Source of the DNA: Octopus sinensis
Lineage: Eukaryota
Reading direction: 5' to 3'
DNA length: 11,346 nucleotides
Assembly (NCBI RefSeq): GCF_006345805.1
Contig: NW_021827027.1
Coordinates: 1-11,346 of the forward strand
The position numbers were made by a program, and so were the translations under genes. Under the pieces are notes generated by a model. That model did no database searches and was not told where the DNA came from. It was given only the letters and a program-made list of their open reading frames with translations. Below, piece by piece: positions 1 through 8,768 of this stretch (position 1 is its first letter; each line of letters opens with the position of its first letter).

Positions 1-30
1 AATACACGAGAGGCGAGATGGGTAATGGAT

Positions 31-87
31 AAATTAGTTAAAATAATTAGATAGATATAGAATTAGTTAAAAATAGTTAGATAGATA
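31..87 (+). repeat. Imperfect ~30-bp tandem duplication
   Basis: aaattagttaaaataattagatagata (31-57) recurs as aattagttaaaaatagttagatagata (61-87). Confidence 0.7.
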
Positions 88-615
88 AGAAAGCATGTAT
101 GATTGATGGGGAAGTGAAATAAATAAATAAGCATTCAACTTGTATATATATATATATGTTTGTGTTTTTCTTTTAGTTCTCTGATTCTATGTCTGTATTA
201 TAACTTTGCCAATTGAAATGAGTGTGTTATCTTTATAGCAAACACCTTACTTCTGCAATGAATATCTTTCTTTTGTACAAGGAGAAAGAACAACACCCTG
301 TAGCAGAACAGTTGTCGCAAAAGCAGACACTACTAAAATCTTTAGCATTTGAGGATGTTTAAAAATTATTTAAACAGCCTTCAACTTCTGTATCCAAAGG
401 GACTTTTAGCCCCAAAGTTACACACTATTATTTATAGCTTTCCCTGCTTTGAGCTCCACAGTTGCCAAAAAAAACAAAATATTTCACATTTATAAAAATT
501 CTCTTTCAACTTAATTTCTCCTTCATAGTCCTTTACACAAACTGGCTTCTCACCTTTCTTTGGGACTTTCTAATAGAGAGAAAATAATTAAAGGAATTCT
601 GTAATTATATTGGTT

Positions 616-688
616 GGAGATCTACAGACCAGCTGGGGATCCACACCAGCTGGAAATACACAACAGCTGGAGATCCACACACCAGGTG
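616..688 (+). repeat. 17-19 bp minisatellite, 4 units, each junction forming an E-box
   Basis: Unit is approximately TGGRGATCCACACCAGC. CAGCTG at 630, 647 and 664; CAGGTG at 683. Confidence 0.8.
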
Positions 689-949
689 CCCTTCCTAAAT
701 GCCATGATCTTCATATATATTTAATCCAAAATCTTGCAGTCTCATGTAGCTTCATGTATTCTCATCAAACCTGGAGACAAGTACCAACGTTTGCATGTGG
801 CAGGCTTGAAAATTGTTAAGAGGTTCCTCTTTAAATGAAACCATTGGTAGCCTAGTTAACCTACAAATCAAGTCTATTTGTCCACCAATACAATGTTGAG
901 CGCTCATTCTCACTGTTCACTATTAGTGTGTGTCCGTGCATCTATATAA

Positions 950-1265
950 AAGGGTAAAAATCCACTTCGGTAATGAATGATCAGGGGACTGCATCTAGAA
1001 AGTTCCCCATCAAGGCACAAGTCTGGGCAAGGTTGTTTATGGAAGACCAGCAGTTGCCCATGCATGCCAGCCTCCCATCTCCATGCCACCGATGTTATCC
1101 GAGGGAAAGGCAAAAGAGGCTGATACAGCTTGGCACCAGTAGCATCGCAACTCATTCTACAGCTGAGTGAACTGGAGTGATGTGAAATAAAATGTCTTGG
1201 TCCAGGAATAGAACTCACTACCTCATAACTGTGAGCCTGGTGCTCTAACCACTGAGCCATGTACC
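950..1265 (-). mobile_element. tRNA-derived SINE, family D
   Basis: Minus strand starts CATGGCTCAGTGGTTAGAGCACC with A-box TGGCTCAGTGG (1249-1259) and B-box-like AGTTCTATTCC (1205-1215). A GC-richer ~250-bp body follows in an AT-rich background. The 3' boundary is approximate. Confidence 0.8.
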
Positions 1266-1314
1266 ATATATATAAATACACATGCCACGCATACACACAC
1301 ACACAACACATATA

Positions 1315-1404
<90 letters not shown>

Positions 1405-1419
1405 TATACATATATATAT
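1266..1419. repeat. (TA)n/(CA)n microsatellite
   Basis: Long near-perfect TA run at 1319-1396 with CA-containing flanks. Confidence 0.97.
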
Positions 1420-1796
1420 TGATTTTTCAGATAAAAAATCACAGGCAAGAGAAAGTAGATCAACTTATATATGAAGATGACTTCCGAGGACTAACAATGT
1501 ATATACACCTGTCTAACAAATGGGAACGTGAAACTCTGAGTAACAATTTTTGAGATATTTTTACTGCTTTTTAATAAAGCATATTACTCTGCCTCTGGTA
1601 TTCAAGTATTGTTTTTTCCACCTTGTTTCACATTTAAGTTCTTACTCTGGTGTAAATATATGTATACGTATAGATCCAGGTAAAAACCTTGTAGTATGCT
1701 ATGCAAAGCCCTTCCACTGTTATTGGCCACCTGATGAATGTTTTTACACAGTATACTAAACCAACTTGTATGCTAAGGAAATACAATAAAATTCAA

Positions 1797-1892
1797 CAGG
1801 AAGGGTATTTGGCTATAAAACAACAAACTATTGAAAAGATAGCATGTATTCCTCCAGCTCATGCTAGCATGGGTAAAACAGATGTAAAATGA
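1797..1892 (+). mobile_element. Old, internally deleted fragment of family B retroposon
   Basis: caggaagggtatttggctataaaa matches the B motif (t)aggaagggcatccagctgtagaa. catgctagcatgggtaaaacagatgtaaaatga matches the B 3' end ccatgctagcatggaaagcggacgttaaacga. Confidence 0.6.
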
Positions 1893-2009
1893 ACAAACAG
1901 ACAGCACAATATATATATCGAGAGAGTATCTTTATTTACTAATAACATTTCTGTATTTGGTTATACATAGTCATTAGATAACATGATATCGTACCATTTA
2001 TTCTTATTG

Positions 2010-2123
2010 TCATTATATTATATTGTATAGTATTATATCATATTATATTATATTATATTATATTATATTATATTATATTATATTATATTACGTTGTGTAT
2101 TATATTATATTACGTTATATTAT
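2010..2123. repeat. (TATTA)n pentanucleotide microsatellite
   Basis: Perfect core at 2041-2090 with degenerate flanks. Confidence 0.95.
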
Positions 2124-2884
2124 GCCATATATTTTTATCTATTTATTTATTTTTTATTTTATTGAATTATTATTATTTTTCATAAAGGATATATAATATA
2201 ATGTAATTGTATAAACTATAATATCATTGTTTGATAAATAATACTATTGTTTATGGAATCGTATAATTGAATATGTGGCTTTATCTCAAAATGTAATGCC
2301 GATGTTTGATTGATCTTGCATATAATTGATTGAAGTGTCATTATAGAATTTAAAATGATACTTTCAATGATAATGGTATTTTGATAATTTTAAAAAGTAT
2401 CGCAAAAATTATTAATATCATGATGTAATTGATAACATCAAGTTTTTCATTAAATTATTGTTATTACTTTTTTATTTTATTTTATTTTATTTTATCTATT
2501 TAATTTTTTTTTATTTTTGCTTTTCGGTTTTTATTTCGTTCGCCATTCCACTCTTCCCACATATTCTTGCTTTGCTATTTATTGGATGGGATGGCAAAGA
2601 TATATGGCATTGTAAGTTATATATGTGTGTGTATATAGTATTATTTAATAACTGTTTGATTTGGCTCCATGCAACTTAAAGATTCATAGGCTTGTCAAAA
2701 GAATCTAACTCGTCAAACTCATAAAACTAATTCTGTCCCACGGACTTGAAGAGTTAGGGTCATTTGATGAGCCCACAAAACTTTAAGTTGCTTTGAACGA
2801 AATCAATCTCTTTTGAAAAAAACATATGTAACTTCTACAAAAGGTGTTGAGCACCAGTTTCTTTAGATTGTTCATTCACTCGCA

Positions 2885-3177
2885 TATATGTATGTATGTA
2901 TGTATGTGTGTGTGTGTGTATGTGTGTCAGAGTTCTGTTTTGTATGTATGTGTGTATGTATGTTTGAGTGTGTGTATGTATGTATGCATGTGTGCATGTA
3001 TGTGTCTGTACGTATGCATGTGTGTATGTATGTTTGTGTGTGTATCTATGTATGTGTGTATGTATGGCATATGTGTGCATGTATGTGTGTTTGTATGTGG
3101 GCATGCATGTATGTATGTACATATATGTGTGTGTATGTATATATGTGTGTGTATGTATGTGTGCATGTATGTATGTG
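2885..3177. repeat. Compound (TG)n/(TATG)n low-complexity tract, left part
   Basis: Mosaic of tgtg, tatg and catg units; source of the spurious MCVY/HTYI ORFs. Confidence 0.95.
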
Positions 3178-3375
3178 TGGAAAACCACCATCCATGAGGG
3201 AACGGCGACTTTCGTGTCGAAAAGGTCTGCAGAGCTGGAGGAGAAAAGACGACGACGGAAGGAGCACCAACAACAACCACGTGCAACTCTCCCTTCCAGC
3301 ACTAGATGTCCGCACTGCGGCCGATCTTTTCAAGCAAGAATTGGTCTTATCGGTCATCTACGGATTCACCAGTAA
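3178..3375 (+). pseudogene. C-terminal remnant of RTE LINE ORF (basic helix plus C2H2 zinc finger)
   Basis: WKTTIHEGTATFVSKRSAELEEKRRRRKEHQQQPRATLPSSTRCPHCGRSFQARIGLIGHLRIHQ*. C-X2-C-X12-H-X3-H at 3307-3369. The W...G...F...R...KR..RK and RIGLxxH patterns are typical of RTE/BovB ORF ends. Confidence 0.85.
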
Positions 3376-3421
3376 ATTTGCACGAAGACCATCATCCTCA
3401 ACCTTGAGGGATTGCCATCAT
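3178..3421 (+). mobile_element. 5'-truncated RTE-clade (BovB-like) LINE 3' end
   Basis: Encodes an RTE-type C-terminus and a TAA at 3373-3375. The short 3' UTR has hairpin CCTCA-acct-TGAGG (3396-3409) and a short catcat tail. Candidate 20-bp target-site duplication at 3158-3177 and 3421-3440 (1 mismatch, but low complexity). Confidence 0.88.
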
Positions 3422-3760
3422 GTGTGTATGTATGTATGTGTGTTTGTGTGTGCATGTATATATGAATGTGTGTGTGTATGGATATATATGTGTGTGTATA
3501 TATATGCGTGTGAGTGTGTGCGTATGTATGTGTCTATGTGTGTATGTATGTATGTGCATTTATGTATGTATATATTGCGTGTGTATGTGTGCTTGTGCAT
3601 GTATGCATGTATGTATATATGTGTGTGTGAATGTGTGTATGTATGTATATACATGTGTATAAGTATGTATATGATTATATATGTGTGTGTATATGTGTTT
3701 ATGTATGTATGTATTTATGTGTATATGTATATATGTATGCATATTTAAATGTGTGTGTGT
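3421..3760. repeat. Compound (TG)n/(TATG)n low-complexity tract, right part
   Basis: Same composition as 2885-3177, interrupted by the LINE fragment. Confidence 0.95.
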
Positions 3761-3892
3761 GTTTGGTTAGAAGTTTGCTTCCTGGGTTCTGTTCCACTGC
3801 ATGGGCCCATGAGCAAGTGTATTCTTCTATAGCTTCAAGTTGATAAAAACCTTGTGCGTGGATTTGGTAGATGGAAACTAAAAGAAGCCTGG

Positions 3893-3933
<41 letters not shown>

Positions 3934-4144
3934 CTATCTATGTTTGTGTGCTTTTATATTTGTGTTTGTCACCAACACTGCCTAATGACCAATGTTGGTT
4001 TATTTATATCCCTGTAACTTAGTGGTTCAGCAAAAAGAGACCAACAGAAGATGTAACAGGTTTAAAAAATAAGTACTAAACTTTTGAAGGCAGTGCCCCA
4101 GCATGGCCTCATTTCAATGAGTGAAACAAGTAAAAGATAAGAGA
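3757..4144 (+). mobile_element. tRNA-derived SINE family A, copy A1 (diverged)
   Basis: Colinear with the reverse complement of 5926-6325. B-box GGTTCTGTTCC (3785-3795), gagcaagtgt, ggatttggtagatggaaac, internal (CA)n at 3895-3930, and 3' end gaaacaagtaaaaga. Confidence 0.88.
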
Positions 4145-4450
4145 CAAAATTCCTTTCGTGAGGAACATGCTGAAGTACCATTCTTTGGTGTCTTGATCAG
4201 GTATTCTTGTACTTGTTTCAGCCATTTGACAGTGACCATGCTGGAGCACTGCCTTTAGTCAAACAAATCAACCCCAGTACTTACTCTCTGTAAGCTTAGC
4301 ACTTATTCTATTGGTCACTTTTGCCAAACCGCTAAGTTACAGGGAACGTAAACACACCAATATCGGTTGTCAAGCGATGGTGGGGGTACAAACACAGACA
4401 CACAAACATATATATGTATATATATGAACACATATATATATATATATATA

Positions 4451-4613
4451 TTCCTCTGTCTTCCATTCTCTGGATCTCTCCTTCTCCTATGTTTCCGACA
4501 AAGAGCTCCGCTCGAAACGTTAAACCCTCCTTCTTCCCTTCCTTCTTGAGCGTCCAATAATACTATATTTGTTCCACGTCCTCGTGTTGTTGTGTTTTCA
4601 TGTTTGGATTAAC
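4451..4613 (+). mobile_element. Short nested element, probable Penelope-like pseudo-LTR or retrozyme-type fragment
   Basis: 163 bp absent from the other A copies, flanked by (TA)n on both sides, containing a minimal hammerhead-like motif. Confidence 0.7.
4491..4525 (+). ncRNA. Degenerate minimal type I hammerhead ribozyme
   Basis: Stem I GTTT (4491-94) / AAAC (4522-25). Core CCGACAA+A versus canonical CTGANGA (2 substitutions). Stem II GAGC-tcc-GCTC (4503-13), GAAA (4514-17), palindromic ACGT stem III and GUU cleavage triplet. Confidence 0.7.
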
Positions 4614-4646
<33 letters not shown>

Positions 4647-4943
4647 TCACACGGCAGGTTTCTTTCAGTTTCCACCTACCAAATCCACTCACAAGGCTTT
4701 GGTTGGCCTCAGGCTTTGTTGAAGACACTTGCCTAAGGTACCACGTGGTAGGACTGAATCCAGAACCATGTGGTTGGGAAGTAAGCTTCTTACTACACAG
4801 CCATGCCTCAAGATTTGGGCCACATGAGACATGGATCATAATGAGATAGGCCACACTGCTAAAAAATATTTCCAGGTAGTTTTTCATTGGGTGTTCCATT
4901 CGGAAGTCCTTCAAACTAAAGTTAGCCCAAAACTGATTTATAG

Positions 4944-5115
4944 TAGTGCCCCGCAGCCCTTTTTTCACTTGCTCTTTCCAGAATATGGCAGCACACCTGA
5001 ACTGAAAATATAATTAAAAGGTATAGGGAAAAAATTATTTTCAGGTTATACTGCAGCACACCTAGCATCGGCTCGTGGCACACTGGAGTGCTGTGGCATA
5101 CTGGTTGTGGATCTT
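4944..5115. mobile_element. Possible degraded hAT (Charlie-like) MITE
   Basis: GCAGCACACCT repeated at 4988 and 5053, plus ggcacact and ggcatact. The right end gtggcacactggagtgctgtggcatactggttg resembles Charlie-type subterminal repeats as I recall them. Terminal inverted repeats are heavily decayed and no target-site duplication is seen. Confidence 0.35.
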
Positions 5116-5297
5116 CTTTGACAGAAGTTCTCAAAGTGTAAGAAATTTCAGGTTTGTGACCCAAAATGGTAAGGTTCTTGGTAAAGACTTTAAAGACTTT
5201 TGGTCTTTAGAAAATGTACTGGTGACCTTAATGACAAGGGATACAGAGTGAGGGGAGTGAGGGGAAGGAGAAAAGACAGTGAGAAAAAAACGAAGGC

Positions 5298-5306
5298 AAG
5301 AAAGAG

Positions 5307-5380
<74 letters not shown>

Positions 5381-5392
5381 AAGGAAGGAAGA
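5298..5392. repeat. (GAAA)n tetranucleotide microsatellite
   Basis: agaaagaaagaaag... pure polypurine tract. Confidence 0.96.
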
Positions 5393-5837
5393 AACTGGTT
5401 AATGGTCATGAATGTGGTTGTTTAGATTATGAAGGAGATATTTATTTAGAGGAAAATACACACACAAGCATATACAAATACATATATTGTCTGATTCAAA
5501 CACCAAATGCACACACAATTACATACACACACATATAAGTAGAGACACATTCACACACACATATATGTACACACGAACACATACACACACATACACGCAC
5601 ATATTTAGAAGAATTTATAAAGTTCAAGCAATAGACTAGGAAAAATAAATAAAACAAATGCAAAAATTAGAACTAAAAAAGTAAAAAAAAGAAAATAAAA
5701 AGAGAATGTTGAGTAGAGAACTTTAATTAATTAAAACATGGTAATATGGTTTCTTTGTTTATTTACTACTATGAGGTTTGGATAAAGGATATATTTCATA
5801 CATACTTATTTATGTATATACCTACATTTTCTGTCTT

Positions 5838-5850
5838 ACACACACACACA

Positions 5851-5890
<40 letters not shown>
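5838..5890. repeat. (CA)n microsatellite
   Basis: Near-perfect CA run with one TA interruption. Confidence 0.97.
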
Positions 5891-5892
<2 letters not shown>

Positions 5893-5925
5893 CGTAAATA
5901 AGTATGTATTTGAGAGTGCATATAT

Positions 5926-6325
5926 ACTCTTTTACTTGTTTCACTCATTTGACTGCGGCCATGCTGGAGCACCGCCTTTAGTCGAGCAAATCGACCCCGG
6001 GACTTATTCTTTGTAAGCCCAGTACTTATTCTATCGGTCTCTTTTGCTGAACCGCTAAGTGACGGGGACGTAAACACACCAGCATCGGTTGTCAAGCAAT
6101 GCTAGGGGGACAAACACACACACATACACACACACATATATATATATATATATACATATATACGACAGACTTCTTTCAGTTTCCGTCTACCAAATCCACT
6201 CACAAGGCATTGGTCGGCCCGGGGCTATAGCAGAAGACACTTGCCCAAGATGCCACGCAGTGGGACTGAACCCGGAACCATGTGGTTGATTAGCAAGCTA
6301 CTTACCACACAGCCACTCCTGCACC
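5926..6325 (-). mobile_element. tRNA-derived SINE family A, copy A3 (full length, best preserved)
   Basis: A-box TGGCTGTGTGG (6305-6315) and B-box GGTTCAGTCCC (6262-6272). CORE-like CTTGGGCAAGT follows the head. Internal (TA)n(TG)n at ~6114-6162; 3' end gaaacaagtaaaagag; many CpGs retained. Confidence 0.95.
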
Positions 6326-6452
6326 TGTATATATCATATACACATATAGATCTGTATGTACATTATATATTATATGTTTATCTCATGCATATATGTGTGT
6401 GTGTGTGTGCGTGTGTGTGTGTATGTATTATGGTTTTTATCTATCTATCTAT

Positions 6453-6834
6453 CTGCTGTGCTAACCTTGGATCATTGGGTGACCTGCTTTGCTTGAGGAG
6501 ACCTATTGAGTCAAGTACATCAACATCAAAATAAAAATCAAATGGAAATTGTAGTTGTGATACCCATGCCGGTGGAACGTAAAAAGCACCATCCGAATGT
6601 GGCCGATGCCAGCGCTGCCTTGACTGTCGTCCGTTCCGATGGCATTTAAAAAGCACCAACCAATCGTGGCTGTTGCCAGCCTCCTCTGAGTGGTTGGCGT
6701 TAGAAGGGCATCCAGCTGTAGAAGCATTGCCAGATCAGACTGGTGCCTGGTGCAGCTTCCTGGCTTCCCAGACCCCAGTCGAACCGTCCAGCCCATGCTA
6801 ATATGTAAAATGGACGGTAAACGATGATGATGAT
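6453..6834 (+). mobile_element. Family B non-autonomous retroposon, copy B1
   Basis: Two 67-bp-period internal units (aaaaagcacc at 6581 and 6648), GAAGGGCATCCAGCTGTAGAA, a 3' hairpin and a (GAT)n tail. Aligns to 7368-7644 in reverse. The 5' boundary is approximate. Confidence 0.85.
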
Positions 6835-6849
6835 CATATATACATATGC

Positions 6850-6905
<56 letters not shown>

Positions 6906-6963
6906 GTATATATATATGTATGTATAATGTATATCTCTCTCTCTCTCCTACATATATATATAT
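6835..6963. repeat. (TA)n/(TATG)/(TC)n microsatellite
   Basis: Directly visible. Confidence 0.95.
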
Positions 6964-7367
6964 AACACACGACCACACACACCACACAAACTTGTCATCA
7001 CACAAAACGTCATACAAATAGACAAGAAATTTGCCCCAATGACTAATAAAAAAAAATTGATCATGAAAAGGGAGACAAGCATCGAAAAGTTGCTACTCAA
7101 GAATGACGTTCCTTGATTCATTGATTCATTTTTTTATTCACACAAATTTGAGAAACCCCGTGAATAAAACGAGTCTGTTTTCCAAAATGGAGGCAAACAC
7201 CTCTCTCCATGTGATTGGCTTGAAGAATTGTTAAGACACTAGGCTATTTTCTTACGTATCTTAACATGAAACCAATGAAACTTTAATTCACAATTAAAGA
7301 AATTATATCCACCAATGCAGTGTTGAGCATTCATTTCCATCATTCAACATTTACTTTTGTGTTTGTG

Positions 7368-7644
7368 TCATCATCATCATCATCATCATCGTTTAACGTC
7401 CGCTTTCCATGCTAGCATGGGTTGGACGGTTCAACTGGGGTCTGGGAAGCCGAAGGCTGCACCAGGCCAGTCAGATCTGGCAGTGTTTCTACAGCAGGAT
7501 GCCCTTCCTAACGCCAACCACTCTGTGAGTGTAGTGGGTGCTTTTTATGTGCCACCGACACAGGTGCCAGACGAGGCTGGCGAATGGCCACGCTTGGATG
7601 GTGTTCCATTGATGTTCATCGATTTAGATTTGATTTGATTTGAT
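7368..7644 (-). mobile_element. Family B retroposon, copy B2
   Basis: (CAT)n at 7368-7390, perfect palindrome CCATGCTAGCATGG at 7407-7420, ggatgcccttcctaacgccaaccact and ggtgctttttatgtgccacc. Confidence 0.9.
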
Positions 7645-8135
7645 ATATATATAGATAGATATATGAGCATAATACCATAAATTCCATATAAGACAATGGA
7701 ATTTCTTGCTCTCTTCTTTCAATTTGTCTTAACACTTCTACTTCAAGCCTTGCTTCCTTTTTTTCTCGTGTTCTATTTTGACTTCTTTCAGTTATTTTCT
7801 ACATTTTCCTCTCAAAGCTTTCCTTCTGTTTCTTCTTGTGCTTCTTGTCATTTTACACCATTTCTTCTCTCTAACTTTCATTGTACCTTAATTTAATCTT
7901 ATGATATTTGTCTTCACACTGCAATTTGAAATCAGATAGTTTTTACCTAAGAACATATTCCCTTATTTCACTTACAATTAACTACAGTACATCTAAACAT
8001 TTAGGAATTTTTTTTACAAAATCATCTTTTCCTTTTATTTCTCTACCACTCTCATTATCTCACTAGCTTTCCTTAATCTCTGTAACTCATTCATATACTC
8101 CATTATTTCTGTCTGTCTGTCTCTCTGTCTTTCCA

Positions 8136-8427
8136 TTTATTTTTTTTTATGATCAGGCTATCAGATGTTGCTACATGTTGCTGGTCACAATGCAAACAGC
8201 CTTCAAATGACACCTCCCAGTTGGCTAAGCAAGCAGGCCAACAGAAGAAAGAGTGAGAGAAAGTTGTGGTGAAAGAGTTCAGCAGGGATCGCTACCACCC
8301 ACTGCCGGAGCCTTGTGGAGCTTTAGGTGTTTTCGCTCAATAAACACTCACGACACCCAGTCTGGGAATCGAAATCACGATCCTACGACCACGAGTCCGT
8401 TGCCCTAACCACTGGGCCATTGCACCT
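8136..8427 (-). mobile_element. tRNA-derived SINE, family E
   Basis: Minus-strand head GGTGCAATGGCCCAGTGGTTAGGGC with A-box at 8409-8419 and B-box-like ATTTCGATTCC at 8365-8375. GC-rich body ends at an A-rich tail (T-run 8136-8148 on +). Confidence 0.85.
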
Positions 8428-8618
8428 TTCCATATATATATATATATTTGAGCAACAAAGTTTTCCAACTACTGCATTTTCCAAATGTCCTCAAGAAGGG
8501 GTCATAACCCTGAAATACAAGATAAAACTGCAAATTTACATCGGTTTTGTTTTTCCTTTTGTAGTTCACTTTGTACCTGTTCACACTGTTCCAGTCTTAC
8601 ACAACAAATCTCTTTAAA

Positions 8619-8735
8619 ATATATATGTATATATATATATATGTATATATGTATATATATATGTCATCATCATCATTTTGGGTCTGCTTTTCATGCTGGC
8701 ATGGGTTATGTATATTATATATATATATTATATAT

Positions 8736-8768
<33 letters not shown>

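Larger units (their letters stand above)
4204..4808 (-). mobile_element. tRNA-derived SINE family A, copy A2, interrupted by a nested element
   Basis: 3' module at 4204-~4405 and 5' module at ~4650-4808 both align to copy A3. A-box TGGCTGTGTAG (4793-4803). The internal TA tract is split by 4451-4613. Confidence 0.93.

Noticed and set aside
282-362. Candidate + strand exon EKEQHPVAEQLSQKQTLLKSLAFEDV*
   Set aside because: The AAG acceptor is weak, the peptide is short and unrecognised, and an equally plausible minus-strand exon overlaps it. It cannot be distinguished from chance.
1731-1765. CTGATGA as a second hammerhead core
   Set aside because: No GAAA follows a credible stem II, and there is no closing stem I.
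2764-2802. TTGATGA...CGAAA hammerhead-like spacing
   Set aside because: The core C is missing and the intervening sequence does not form stem II.
3307-3369. Host C2H2 zinc-finger gene exon (C2H2 genes are expanded in cephalopods)
   Set aside because: It is a single finger with no TGEKP linker, carries the RIGLxxH pattern and upstream basic helix, and is followed by a stop, hairpin and repeat tail. This fits an RTE LINE end.
6566-6680. CRISPR-like repeat-spacer pattern (also 616-688)
   Set aside because: Eukaryotic context, only 2-4 degenerate units, mutually similar 'spacers' and no cas genes. These are ordinary tandem duplications.
7696-8135. Pyrimidine-rich tract with hydrophobic ORF 7696-7896
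   Set aside because: The F/L/S-rich translation follows from T/C strand bias, and there is no evidence of coding.
8355-8427. tRNA genes at the SINE heads (also ~1195-1265 and ~6250-6325)
   Set aside because: A and B boxes are present, but acceptor and anticodon stems are incomplete and each continues into a SINE body.
8445-8527. Strong minus-strand acceptor ttttatcttgtatttcag followed by GYDPFLRTFGKC
   Set aside because: There is no convincing donor, the frame runs into (TA)n and a SINE, and the peptide is unrecognised.
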